DNA from: Lama glama
Lineage: Eukaryota
DNA: 64,000 nt
Direction: 5' to 3'
Assembly (NCBI GenBank): GCA_028534125.1
Contig: CM052818.1
Location: 3,722,001 to 3,786,000 of the forward strand
A program made the position numbers and the translations under genes. Every line of letters starts with the position of its first letter. Positions within the stretch are counted from its first letter, which is position 1. This document shows, in pieces, positions 38,686 through 52,481 of the stretch. Below the pieces are notes generated by a model. That model saw nothing but the letters and a program-made list of their open reading frames with translations. It was not told the origin of the DNA and made no database searches.

Positions 38686-39166
38686 TGTGTTCCAGGTCCA
38701 GGATGAGTGCCTAGGATACGCCCTGCCAAGTGAGGGTCCTTGGCTTCTCCCAGGAAAGAATTCAAGAGCCAAGCCAAAGCTGAGTGAAGGTAGATTTATT
38801 CAGAGAGATCCACACTCCATAGAGAGTTGAGGGTTGTCTTACTCAGAAGGGAGGGCAGCCACGAGGTGCTGTGGGGTTGTTAGTTTTTATGGGCTTGGTA
38901 ACTTCATACACTAACAAGTGGCAGGATTAGTCCAACTACTTTGGGGAAGGGGCTGGGGTTCCCAGGAATTGCCACTTTTTGACCTTTCATGGTCAGCCTC
39001 GAAACCGTCACGGTTCCTGCGGGAGTGCCATTTAGTGCATCACTGTCGTTCAGTGAGCGTACAGTGAAGCTCAAGATCTCCTGGGAGTTGAATCTTCCAC
39101 CCTCCTGGTGCTAATTACCGTGCTGTTGTTTCAATGGTTGTGCCCTGCCCCTCCCCTCCTGTCTCA
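38686..39166 (-). mobile_element. ERV1 (MER4-group-like) solo LTR
   Basis: gagggtccttggcttctcccaggaaagaattcaag...gatttattc...ctcctgtctca; left end approximate. Confidence 0.65.
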
Positions 39167-42100
39167 GAAGCACAGAGTACTCCTTCCCAGAGCTTGGCTG
39201 TGAAGGGAGTGAAGGAAGCAGGGCAGTAGCCGGAGGGAGGACTGGGGTTGAGGAAGGGGCTCTTAGGGTTGGAGATCCTGGAGCAGGTTCACAGGCAGAC
39301 CGGGAGGAGCTGTCAGAGAGGGGAGACTGAAGATACAGAGGAGAGAGTGGATGCTGGATGGAGGGACCGCAGGGGCCTGAGGCCTCGGGATCAGCCCAGC
39401 ATGTGGGAGACTCAGCTTTGGAAAGGAGGAGGCGTGCTTCCTTTGTAAGGAAGAAGGGATGGGTGGGTGATGAAACGGGGAGTTTGTGGAGGAGTGAGGG
39501 GCGTGGACAGAACTCCCCTTGGACGCTTCGATGGGCTCCCTGACAGAGGAGGCAGAGCTCTGCCTGAAAGTGGAAGGGCGAGGGGTGGGGAGAGAAGTTT
39601 AGGTAAAGCTGTGGTAAGGAAGGAAACCAGAACCATCCAGAGAAAAATGAACAGAGAGGGTAGCAGCCAGGCACCCCTCTGTTCCTTCTGCACCTTCTGC
39701 ACCCCCCGATTTCTCTCACCACGTGGGCCACCCTTTATGCCTTTGCTCTCTCCCCTCACAGTGGCTTCTGCCACAGCATCCGCCACTAAATGCACTGTAC
39801 TTGTGAGGTCTCTTGCGTTTGTGGGGTGATTACTTGTCTTTTGGGTTTCTCCCCCTTTCCCCGTCTGTTCCAGCGTGGTATCTGGGTGCGGGAGGAAGCA
39901 CGTGAGTCCCCTTCAGGTTTGCTTGCTGGCTCTGCTGATCTTAGGTTGAGGGTGTGGCCCCCCTTCTCAGGTCTGTGGGCACCTGTTTGCACCTTGCCCT
40001 GGGCTCTGCTCACCATGGCAAAAGTCCTGCCTGGTGTGGAATGACAGATCCAATGCCTGCCTGCCTGCCTCCTACACGCGGGCCTCTCTTTTTAAAGGGA
40101 GAATCTGATTGGCTCAGCCCGACCCATGGGTTGATTTCTCCCGGGTCAGGTCTCCAGGCGCGTTTCAGTCCAGCTCTGGCCAGGGTGTGGGGCCATGTGG
40201 TACAAACCCTGGACAAAAATTGTGATTGGTGTCCAAGCAACTTTCTATAAGGAGCTCTTAATGATGTTAACACCCTCGAAAGAGTTTAGCGCGTTGGGCT
40301 TTGGATCGATGTGAATGAAACTGTTTCAGGAATGTTCCTTTGGTTATTTTTTCTGGGATGATGAAAAATCCCTAAAGGATAACAAGGAATTAGCTAATGG
40401 CTCCCCAAAGATACTTCACCATGAGGTGGAACTCCTGGAGAGAAAAGGAGTGAAATTTCTCATCATCATTATTATTTCCAGGACCCCAGCAGACAGAGCT
40501 GACTGGTGGGGATGTCTGTTCAGAGGCTGAGATGGTAGAAATTGAGTCTCTCCTTCCCCAGGCACAGGGGTGAAGTTTGGAAAGAGCTTGGGATTCCAAG
40601 ATGAAGCGTCTTGTTTGAGTCCTCACTCTGAATCGTACCGTTTCAGACAGATCTTGATCTCACTGAGATTGTAATTTTCAAGAAACACACATCCCTGGAT
40701 GGATAAGACACTGAGCTAAATTCACACTGAGGTGTGGCTGACAGATGGCTCAAACTTTTCCTTGGAGCCAGTTCTGACTCTAAGAAGGACAGCAGTGAGG
40801 GAAGTACTGCAGAAGGAAGACGTTAGTAAGTCTAAAGTCCAGAAATTCTATTAAGGAGCTTTCTACACACTTAACCTTGGGCTGATTATTCCCAAGCCTG
40901 GCTGCATAGGCGTGCTGCCCACTGGGCTTGCAACATGCAGGAGAAAGCCACCACGAGGGACGTTTGCAAGGGGCTGGTCTCTGTCGTGGGCTTGAAAATC
41001 TGGGCTCTCTTTTCCCTGACTCTCCTTTCCTGAGACACTTGCTGCCTTTCCTCTTGATTTCCCACATCCAGCCTGTCTGAAAGAGGCAATCTTGAACACT
41101 GTCAGAGAGCTCCGCCGTGACCCTTCAGCCTGCTGACCCGTGAAGGCATGTGTTCTCTTCATAAAGGGCCAGGCACCCTGGCTCATTGCTGTTTTTCTTT
41201 AAAAAAATAAAACTCCAAACCCGGAAAGCCTCCTTCCCCGAGCGACAATAACCACCACCACAACGCAGAGACCCTACTGGGTCTGTTTCTCAAGGAGACG
41301 AGCCTTCATCAAGTCCCACTGCCATTTCTTTTGGAAAAGATTCCTGACTTCACGTCTCCCCGAGGACTTTGTCGGGATGATCTCACCCTCTGAAACTGGC
41401 AGAGAGGCAGCATTCTGACTTCGTTCCAGCCCAAGAACAGAGAGGTGGCTGTTAAGCAGAAATTGTCTAGTCAGAAATCAGACAAGCCCTTCTTCCCAGA
41501 GAGATTCTGGCCAAATCCGGAGATGCTTTCTGCAGGTAGGGTTGACCTTGAACCCACAGGCATCTGCTTCTGGCTCCTTTAAGTCCTGGTGGCTTTTGAG
41601 GGCCTCTGGGAAGCAAAAGGGGATTCGGGAGGAGTGGACTAATGTGGAATCCTTCCTACTACAGCACAAAGAAATGTGGGATAACATGAAAACCGAGTCA
41701 GTGTAGCTGGTGGAGCTGAATAGGTAATGGAAAAACATAGCCGGAAGTGGTGAGTGGCGCCACAGTGAGCCAGGGGTGTGGGTGTGTCTGTCTGTGCTCT
41801 TATTAGCCTGGGGTCGGGCCCAGGCAGAGATGAGAGTTACGGCCCTGGGCCAGTGCCAGGCAGAGGCCTAAACAAGAAAGCAAGAAGGTGGGGCAATTGC
41901 AGGGCTGAACTCTCCATGAGGAAAAAAAAAAAGGAAAAAAATCAAGTGCTTGAATCTGGAAGATACCAAGAAAGTTTGCCTCTGCCTGGAATCTGGGTTG
42001 GGGGCAAAAAAGCCTTTTGTGAAAAAGTGAAATCTAAGCTTATACTCTGAGAGGTTCTGGAGACAGTGTACGCTGTCCATGAATTGGGGACATCCTAAAT

Positions 42101-42612
42101 TAAGAAACATATGTAAGAGCGGTCCTGGTTATGTGGCTGTTAGGACACGTGCAGAAGCAGGAGAAAAATCAGTCTGGTCCTAGGAGTTTTCCATTGAAAA
42201 ATCAAGCTCAGTTGAAGATGAGCTTTCAGTAAATGATTACAAAACCCCTGATGGAAAGAGCCACCGTGAACAAAGGATTTGCAGATGCAGCAAGCAGGAG
42301 TGTCAGCGTCCCCCACCTTGAGGTCATAGCAAAACAGTCTGAAAGAGACAATACATACAGGGATGTTTAAACGATTGAGATAAAAAGAAAAAATAGAAGT
42401 CACAATGAAAGAATAACCATTACGGAAAAGAATGGGGGGAACACTGAAAATGAAACATATTTGTGTTCATGTTCAGATTTTGACATAAGGAAATTTAAAG
42501 TGAGGAAAATGGATTGCCACCAACCAGCCAGCCAGCCAACCAGCAAACAAAATGACAAAACCCAACATCTCCCCTCCGCTCCACCCCTCAAAAAAAAAAC
42601 CCAAAGTACAAA

Positions 42613-42622
42613 ACACACACAG

Positions 42623-42649
<27 letters not shown>
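42613..42649. repeat. (CA)n microsatellite, interrupted
   Basis: Read directly. Confidence 0.9.
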
Positions 42650-42653
<4 letters not shown>

Positions 42654-43239
42654 CCAAAAGCTAGACCTTGGAGAGAGAAAATGGGAGGCCTTGCATATTT
42701 CAGCCCACTGAAGCTTAGCGTGATTTATAGTCTTGTAAACTGCATCAGTGAACATTAGGTTTATCATGAAGCTAAGAATGCAGACACTAAACTTGGTTGC
42801 CAAGGACATCAAAATAATCTTTCTGTTTTAATGGCATGATAATGGAAAGAACTGGAAATACTGGGGCAGTAGAGTTTCTGTGAGCAGCCCCACAAGATCA
42901 TTCAGAGGGAGAGAATGAATGGGAATCTGAGTGGAGTCAAGAGATGGAAAAAGGAAATTAACAAATTGTATAATTGTATAATTCAAGTGTACATGGTAGG
43001 GAACTTGGGCACTGGACGTACCTGATGATCTCACACCATCAGTGTAGTCAATCAGCATTAGCTTTGTCTCCTGCACCTGCTCATGCTCCATCCCAGTATT
43101 GCTACAGATACAGTAGAGTCTACTCTCTTGTTAGTACCTGGATCTGGGTTGCAATTGCTCTGGTTGTAGGAAAAAGAAGAGGAAGGTTAGAAAGGAAAAA
43201 AGAAAACTCCCATTGTTTGAGATTATATTGATGGCCAAT

Positions 43240-45100
43240 GTGGAACGTCTGTGAAAATCTACAGGCGAAATATTTGACATAATGAGAGTTTAGAAAGGTT
43301 ACTGGAAATGATCAATGTGTAAAATCATCAGTAACAAAATTAAGAAAATTTAGTTAAAATGTACTATTTACAATACTATTTACAATAACAACAGCAACAA
43401 AAAAGTCTAAATGCTTACAAATAGATATAATAAAAGAGTACAAGACCATTATGGAAAAAAAATCAAAATTTATTGAAAATATAAAATAAGACCTAAGTAG
43501 TTGGAGACAAAATACTTTATTCATGGATAGAAAAACTTGATATCATCAAAGATGTTAATTTTTGTCCAAATTAAAGTTAATTCAATTTCAATAAAAATTC
43601 TTAAGAGAATTTTTCACCGATCTTGACAAAACAGGTCCAAATATTAAAAAAAAGAGGGAAGTCCAAAAATATTTTAAACAATCTTAATTCATTGTTATAA
43701 TGATGATGTTGAAAGATTTGCCCTACTAAATTTCAAAAATTTATACAAACTTTTGGCATAGGATATTGGCATAGGGTAATGAAATATTGAAATGAAATCT
43801 ACCACTGAAACAGAATAGAGAATGTAGAAACAGACTTACGTATATTAGGAAGTTGGCTCATGACAAAGGCAACATCACAGGCAGCAGGGGTAGAGCAGGC
43901 TATTTAATAAATTGGTCTTGGACAATAAACCATGGGGGAAAAAATAGAATTCCTGCCTCACCACACACATACACTTCTAGCCGGATAAGCTATAAATGTA
44001 GAATGTAAAACTTGAAGATTTTTTTTTTATTAAAAAATTATTTATTTATTTGTTTATATTCATGTATGGTCAGTTACAGTGTGTCAATTTCTGGTGTACA
44101 GCACAATGTTTCAGTCCTACATATACATCCGTATGTTCATTTTCATATTCTTTTTCATTAAAGGTTACTACAAGATATTGACTATAGTTCCCTGTGCTAT
44201 ACAGAAGAAATTTGTTTTTTTAATCTATTTTTATATATAGTAGTGAATATTTGCAAACCTCGAACTCCTAATTTATCCCTTCCCACCCTCTTTCCCCCTG
44301 GTAACTATAAGCTTGTTTACTATGTCTGTGAGTCTGCTTCTGTTTTGTAGATGAGTTCATTAGTGTCTTAAAACTTTAAGATTTTAAGAAGAAAATATAG
44401 AACAATAGGTTCGTAACTTTAGAGTATGAAAAATGGTTTTAAGCAAGACAAAATAAGCAAAGAGTTAAAGAGGAACGTTTGATAAATTGAAGTACATGAA
44501 AGTAAGAATCTGTTTGCAGCATACATAGCTGATAGAGAATTAGTGTGCAGAATATACAGAAAGTCCTGAAAATTAATAAGGATACAGGCAATGAAATTGG
44601 TGATTTACAGAACAGACAACTGAGCAGGTGAGGATGACATGAGGAGAAGCTTGCTTTGTTAGTAACCAGGGGAATGAAAAATAAAATAAGAAATCATTTC
44701 ACACCACCAGGCTGACAAAAATGTAGTCTGGTAACACTAAGTGGTGGTTAGGATGTGGGGAAATAGAAATTTTAATAGTGCTGGTGGCAATGTGAATTCA
44801 TACATCAATTTCTAGGAAAATCTAACAGGATTTATCACAATTAAAGTGATGTAGGCTTTGACTTAAGCAATTTCACCTCTACTTATGTATCCCAGAAAAA
44901 CTTGTATTTATGTGTAAGAAAGTTCACTGCAGGACACTTTGCAATAGTGAAGACAGAGACTCAACTGTAAATAGAATAGATACAATTTTGAATTACATGA
45001 CTAGGTAAAAATGAATAAACCAGATCTCCTTGTGTCAAAATGGTGAACTCTCAAAAAATGTTAGAAGTGAAAATGTAAGCTATAGGATGATATTACAGCG
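43240..45100 (+). mobile_element. Old L1M ORF2/3' remnant
   Basis: Degenerate ORF2-like A-rich sequence (tcatggatagaaaaactt...; gaaacagaatagagaat...). Confidence 0.7.
44023..44368 (-). mobile_element. Young L1 3' end nested in old L1, 17-bp TSD
   Basis: TSD taaaactt(g/t)aagatttt at 44006-44022 and 44369-44385. Confidence 0.9.
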
Positions 45101-47288
45101 CAATGCCAATTTTTTGAAACTATTGGTCATGACTCATCTGTAAGTTGTGAAATCAGTTTAGTGGATCACTGCCAGCATGACAAAATGAAATTGGAATAGA
45201 AAGAACATATCAGAAGCTACTGAAAGTAATGAAACATTATTTTCTTGAAAGTGTTGTTTCAGTTATGTGCACACACACACAGGTATATATGCACACATGC
45301 CCATGCATGTCCGTGTGCATATTTACAGAGTCAAAATGTTGAAATGCATATTTTGCACTGAATGTGAGAGAAGAGTCTAAAGCCTCTGTTTTATATGCAG
45401 TAAAAATGCAAAACAATATTATATATTTACAGATCCCATAGGACGCATGGGGGTAATAAATATGGTGTGAGGGGAGTGGTCATCACCGGAGGAGGAGGGA
45501 GGAAGATGTGGGGTCAGGGTGTGAAGATGTCACTCCATCTATGTTGATATATTACAAAATACATCTGAACCAAAAATAAAAATAATGTTAATATCTATTA
45601 AGTCTAGAATAACCATAGATGTCCATGACAGTATTATCTGTACTTTTCCATATGTTTGAAATGTCTCACAATTAAAAAAAAACTTAAGCAACAATAAAAT
45701 TGTTTAAATTTAAAAACTTCAGCAACAATAAAAGGTAGGATGTGGGTGAGGAGGGAAGAAGGACTCAGACGGTTGCAAGAGGCTTGCGGCAAAGGGCAAG
45801 TTGTGTTCATTTCTCTGGGGCCAAAAGTCCTAGGAGGCTCCGGGCCCCTGGGCCAGTAGTCTGGGACACCAGCTGCCATGTGTGATGTGACCTCACTGCT
45901 GTCATTTCACTCCAGCCTGGGTTGGCCACTGATTTTATTCTTTTCCATTAGATCACAAGCCATTTCCATCACCCTCTTCAGTGCCCCGCACTGGGCAGGG
46001 CAGCCCTGCTACAGGAAACTTACTGCTCTGCTGTTTACTTAACATTCTTCCCGCCAGCCGTATTGAGATATTTGACATACAACATTGTGTAAGTTTAAGG
46101 TATAAAACACGCTGAGTGATGACCACAGTAGGGCTAGTTAACATCTCCATTACTTCATACAATTACCATTTCTTTTTTTGTGGCGAGAACATTAAGATCC
46201 ACTCTCTTAGCAACTTTCAAGTATATAATACAGTATCGTTAAAACTGTAGTCACCATGCTGTACATTAGACCCCAGAATTTACTCGTAACTGGAAATGTG
46301 TACCTTTTCACGGACATCTTCCCGTTCCCCAGCCCCTGTACTCTGTGTTCCTATGAGTTCAGTTTTTTAAGATTCCACGTAAACTTCAATAGAAAGATAT
46401 GTTTTAAAACCACTTGGAAAGCCATCTCTATGAAGTGATTTTCCCAGGACCTTACACCAGATGACACCGTCTTAACTGGCAGAGGTTCCAGAAGCTGGAG
46501 CTTTGTGTCCTTCCCCCACAGCAAGTTTTCCCTAAGGGTTATTATAATTCAAACTCCATAAGGAAAAGAACTTCAGTATTAGTCCCTCTGGATAGAGAAG
46601 AATTCAACCCAGTTATGAGACCAAACGCAACACACGAAAAAGCTGCACCACCAGTACTGGTAACAGATGGTGCTGGTGTGAATAACTTGTTATAAATAAA
46701 ACTCCGTTAGCGTTTGCATCATCAGCTGGAGTGTAGGTTACCGTGGTAGAATGAGGACTTATGCAAGGTACAATGCACAAAGCATTTTACTACCGTGAAA
46801 AGAAGTGTAGTCTGGTTAGGAGAAAACCAACTGGATTTTATACAGGCTTTGTCTTTCTCTGTTTGACTTATTTTATTTAGCATAATGCCCTCAAGTTCCA
46901 GCTATGTTTTTGCAAATGGTGGGATTTCCTTCTTTCTTATTCTCCCTTGAATAACATTCCATGTATGTATGTAGCACATCTTCTTTATCCATCTGTTTGT
47001 AGATAGATACTTTTATTGTTTCCACATCTCTGCTATTGTGAAAAATGCTGCAGTGAACATGGGGGTGCAGATACCTCTTTGAGAGTCTGATTTCACTTCC
47101 TTTAGGTATATACCCGAAAGTGGGATTGCTGGATCATTTGGTAGTTCTATTTTTAATTTTTTGAGGAACCTCCATACGCCTCCATTTCTATAGCGGCTGC
47201 ACCAATTTACACCCCCACCAGCAGTGCAGAAGGGTTCCCTTTACTCCACATCCTCACCAACACATGTTGTCTCTTGTCTTTATGATAA

Positions 47289-47788
47289 NNNNNNNNNNNN
47301 NNNNNNNNNNNNNNNNNNNNNNNNNNNNNNNNNNNNNNNNNNNNNNNNNNNNNNNNNNNNNNNNNNNNNNNNNNNNNNNNNNNNNNNNNNNNNNNNNNNN
47401 NNNNNNNNNNNNNNNNNNNNNNNNNNNNNNNNNNNNNNNNNNNNNNNNNNNNNNNNNNNNNNNNNNNNNNNNNNNNNNNNNNNNNNNNNNNNNNNNNNNN
47501 NNNNNNNNNNNNNNNNNNNNNNNNNNNNNNNNNNNNNNNNNNNNNNNNNNNNNNNNNNNNNNNNNNNNNNNNNNNNNNNNNNNNNNNNNNNNNNNNNNNN
47601 NNNNNNNNNNNNNNNNNNNNNNNNNNNNNNNNNNNNNNNNNNNNNNNNNNNNNNNNNNNNNNNNNNNNNNNNNNNNNNNNNNNNNNNNNNNNNNNNNNNN
47701 NNNNNNNNNNNNNNNNNNNNNNNNNNNNNNNNNNNNNNNNNNNNNNNNNNNNNNNNNNNNNNNNNNNNNNNNNNNNNNNNNNNNNNNN
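47289..47788. other. Assembly gap (500 N)
   Basis: Run of N. Confidence 1.
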
Positions 47789-48163
47789 ACTATGCTGGCT
47801 GTAGGTTTGTCATATATAGCTTTTATTATGTTGAGATATATTCCCTCAATACCCACTTTGGTGAGAGTTTTTATCATAAATGGGTGTTGAATTTTATCAA
47901 ATGCTTTTTCTGCATCTATTGAGATGATCATATGGGTTTTGTCCTTTCTATTGTTGATGTGATGTATTACATTGATTGATTTGTGTATGTTGAAACACCC
48001 TTGTGTCTTTGGGATGAATCTCACTTGATCATGACGTATAATCTTTTTTACAGGTTGTTGGATTCTGTTTGCTAATATTTTGGTAAGGATTTTTGCATCT
48101 ATGTTCATCAGTGATATTGGTCTGTAATTCTCTGTTTTGGTGGTGTCTTTGCCTGGTTTTGGT
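47789..48163 (-). mobile_element. Younger L1 ORF2 reverse-transcriptase fragment
   Basis: Open frame [18 protein letters not shown]...[22 protein letters not shown]; homologous to 48925-49300. Confidence 0.9.
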
Positions 48164-51100
48164 GTGGTCTGTGTCTATTTTTAATGGCAGTACCATACTT
48201 CTTTGATTACTATAGCTTTGTAATATGGTTTGAAATCAGGAAGTGTGATGGACCCAGCTTTGTTCTTCTTTCTCAAGACTGCTTTGGCTGTTCAGGGTCA
48301 TTTGTGGCTTCTTATAAATTTCAGGGTTTGTTTCTATTTCTGTGAAAAATGCCATTGGAATTTTGATAAAGATTGTACTGAATCTGTATGTGGCTTTGGG
48401 TACTATGGACATTTAATCAATATTAATTCATCTAATCCATGAACATAGAATATCTTTCTAGGTATTTTGAGTCTTCTCCATTTTCTCTCATCCCAGTCTT
48501 ATAGTTTTCATTCTATAGATCTTTCACCTCCTTGGTTAAATTTATTCCTTGGTGTTTTATTGTTCTTGATGCTATTGTGAATGGTATTATTTTCTTAATT
48601 TCTTTTTCAGGTATTTCATTGTTAGCGTATAGAAATGCAAAATTGACTTCATATGTTGATTTTGTATCCTACAACTTTACTGAATGTGTTGATTAGTTCT
48701 AACACCTTTTTGGTGGTGTCTTTGTGATTTTGTATATATAATATTATGTCATCTGCAGAGACAGTTTTACTTCTTCCTTTTTCATTTGGATGGCTTTAAT
48801 TTTTCTCTTGACTAATTGCCCTGGCTAGTATTTCCAGTTCTGTGTTGAATACAAGTGGTGAAAGGAGGCACCCTTATCTTCTTCCTGATCTTAAAGGAAA
48901 GCTTTCAACTTTTCACTGTTAAGTATGATGTAGGCTGTGGGCTTGTCATATATGGCCTTTATGATGTTGAGATACGTTCCTTTTATACCCAATTCATTGG
49001 GAGTTTTTATTGTGAAAATATATTTTGACAAACTTTTTTCTGCATGTATTGAGATGATCATGTGCTTTTTATCCTTCATTCTTTTAATGTGATGTATCAC
49101 ATTTATTGCTCTGCATATGTTGAACCATCCTTGCATCCCAGGGATAAATCCAACCTAATTAGAGTGTTTAATCCTTTTAATGTGCTGTTGAATTCAGTTT
49201 CCTAGTATTTTGTTAAGAATTTTTGTATCTATATTCATCAGAGCTAATAGCCTGTAGTTTTCTTTTCTTGTAGTGTCCTTGCCTGACTTTGGTTTCAGGG
49301 TAATGCTGACTTTGTAAAATGAGTTTGGAAGTGTTTTCTCCTCTTCAGTTTTTGGGAAGAGTTTGAGAAGAACTGGCATTAATTTTTCTTTAAATGTTTA
49401 GTAGAATTCACTGGGAAACCATCTGGTCCTGGGCTTTCCTTTGTTTGGAGGTTGTTGATTACTGATTCAATCTCCTTAGTCACTGTTGGTCTGTTCAGAT
49501 TTTCTATTTCTTCATAATTCATTTTTGGTACACTGTATGTTTCTAGGAATGTATCCATTTCTTCTAGGTTGTCCAATTTGTTGGTGTATAATAATTTATG
49601 GTAGTTTCTTATGATCCTTTGTATTTCTGTGGTATCAGTTGTAATGTCTCTTCTTTCATTTCTGATTTTATTCATTTGAGTCTTCTCTTTTTTTCTTAGT
49701 TAGGCAGGCTACAGGTTTGTCAGTTTTTTAATCATCTCAAAAAAACTAGCTTTTATTTCTGCTGATCTTTTCTATTATTTTTCTGTTCTCTATTTCATTT
49801 ATTTTTGCTCTGATCTTTGTTCTTTCCTTCCTTCTGTTAACTTTGGGCTTAGTCTGTTTTTTCTAGTTCCTTGAAGTGTACAGTTAGAGTGTTTATTTGA
49901 TATCTTTCTTTTCTTACTAATGTAGGTGTCAAATACTATAAACTCCCTCTAGAACTACTTTTGCTATATCCCATAGGTTTTTCTATGTGACTGTTTCATT
50001 TGTGTCAAGATTTTTTCCTGGATTTTATTAAAATGTGTTTTATTAATACAATCGAGCCATTTGTGAAAAAAGCATCAATGGATTTTTTTGGTAAATATAT
50101 CATAATTGCACTAGATTCATCCTCTCTTCATAGGAACCCTGTGTTAAACCTTCTATAAATTCATTATCCCTTAATGTATTTTGATATACAGTATCTGTTC
50201 ATAATACTGCTGCTTAGGGAATACAGATCACAGTATAGAGCAACTGGGTATGGCCAGGATCTATTTATTAAATCAAGGGATCACTGCTCAGATTTTGTTT
50301 GCTTGTTGGAGACAGTGTTACCCAAAAACTGGGTTCTTGGTGGAGGTCCAGCCAACATTCACAACTAAGCCAAAGAGTTGGAGAAGGAAAGATTCATTAC
50401 TTACAGCAAGTAAGGAGAACACCCAGGAACTTTCCCAAACTAGTGTCTATTGTTTCAAGATACTTTTTGATTTTTCTTTTGATTCTTTCTTTGATCCTTT
50501 GGTTGTTCAGGAGTGTGTTGTTTAATTTCCACATGTGTTGAATTTTCCAGTTTTTCTCTTGTTTATTAATTTCCAGTTTCATAATATTTTGGCCAGGCTT
50601 TTTGACTACATACCATGCTTGGAATGATCTCAACCTTCTTAAATTTGCTAAGACTAATTTTGTGATCTATCATGTGATCTATTCTGGAGAATGTTTCTTG
50701 GTTGGCAGTTTTTTTTTTTTATTCTGGCATTTTGAATATATCATCTTATTCCCTCCTGACCCGTCTCCCCCTGACAGCCTGGGTACAGGGGGCAGTGGGG
50801 TTTACACTTAGGGACAAGTGAGAGGTGGTCATGACTGGGGCAGGCTTGGTCACCTTTAGGACATTTATCACCTCTTGCCTCAAAACCAAGGCTTCAAACT
50901 CCCCATAGTTTCCAGGATGGCTAGTTTCATCTCTCCATCGAGGTCCGGCATCAGGGGTCCTCACCCATGATATTTGGGGCCATCAGGCACTGAGGAATTA
51001 GGATTTCATTTTCCTTTTTCCCAAGTGTGGTTCATGGTGCCGCTAATTCTCCCTGATTATGCTGAGGCGAAGATTCTTTGGGATTTTGGAAGGAAGTTCC

Positions 51101-52481
51101 CTCACATTTTCCATTCCTTTCTTCCCAGAGACAGCTTGCTGGCAGAATAATGGCCACTTCTCTTGGCAGTCGGAGGAGAAATAGAGCTTAAGGCAGAGGC
51201 GAGAACAACTCTTATGTGGCCAGTTCTATCCCTTGGCATTTAAAAAGAATCCAACTCAGTGTCTTTTTTTTTTTTTTTAAAGTGAAGGAAGCAAAGGAAA
51301 ATGCAAAACTTAAGAAAGAGAGAAGATTGTGGCTGGAATGACAGATGCCACGTTTCCCTTCGCTCCCTGGTCAGCCACACTCACCCTTCTGTCACCAGCC
51401 CTGGCTGGGGTCTCTGATGGTGGAGGCACACGTGGGCTCGGAGACCTGGTCCTCCACCTCCTCCTCATCAAAGGCCGACTCTCCAGGCCCCGTGCCCAGG
51501 CCAGCCCTCCCACAGGTGTTAGGCTGCCATGCAAGGCCCTCACTCCCTCACTGGATGCCATCCCTTGAGCCATGTTTTTCAAGAGGTTGTGGTGCCAGAA
51601 GACCATTCTCACTTTCAAGGCTTCCAAAGGGCTTTTATAAACCCCGCCTCATATTCAGCCTCTCACTTTCCATTCAGTTCGTGCTTCAGGAATTGCTCTC
51701 ACTTTTAAAGAAAGTGATACAATAGAAACCACAGTGTACATGGTTCAAATAACAAAAGCAGACAACTTACAGAAGGGCTGACAGGGAAAGTTTGCCACCT
51801 CTCCCACCATCGCTGCCCACCCCCAGTCTTGCTTCCTAGAGGAAACCACTCATAATTGTTGCTGCCTTTGTTTTTTAAAATTGAGTCTTTATTTTATTTA
51901 TCATGGTTTAGCGAGTGAAATAATTCTACACGGCTTGTTATTAAAACAGCAGTACAAGTTTCTTCGGGGGCTGAGGACAATGGTCTAAAATTAGAGTGTG
52001 GTGAAGGTTGCACAACCCTGTAAATATATTAAAGCCATTGAATCACACACTTTAAATGGAAGAATATAATATAAATTTTATCTCAATAAAGCTGTTGTAG
52101 AAAGGGGAGGTTAATAAACATTTCTAAGAAAAATCTTCCGAACCCTCATGCCCCCTTCCCAGGGGCAGCGGCTTTCAGTCAGTGTGATGTTTTCCTCCAC
52201 ATTGCTAACTAGTTTGCTTACACTGCTATTTTTGATTATTCAGTTTCAGGCATTCACTACTGATTCCTATTTTAAAAAGATGAAGCTTTAACTTTCTTTC
52301 ATATCGCTTACCCTGGCCCCCCGCATACCTAATGCACACTTCCCACCCCCCCGCTTCCGGCAAACTGTTCTTAATATTCTGGGTTGGCTCAGTATACTGG
52401 GTTGTCATTATGACAAAAATCATTGTCAGCAGCTGTCCAGTCATGTGGCATGGAGGAGGGCATCCAAGGGTTTAAGTGATT

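Larger units (their letters stand above)
46060..50760 (-). mobile_element. L1MA-type element (3' UTR to ORF2), interrupted several times
   Basis: ORF-track peptides 48891-49675 are L1 ORF2 (QGWFNI...[23 protein letters not shown]); insertions at 46383-46838, 47789-48163 and 50012-50449. Confidence 0.9.

Noticed and set aside
22400..42000. Many 60-200 aa ORFs in GC-rich intergenic DNA
   Set aside because: Overlap on both strands, low complexity, no recognisable domains; expected by chance at this GC content
47224..48108. Long ORFs of 208-284 aa
   Set aside because: Artefacts of translating through the N gap; the real part is L1 ORF2
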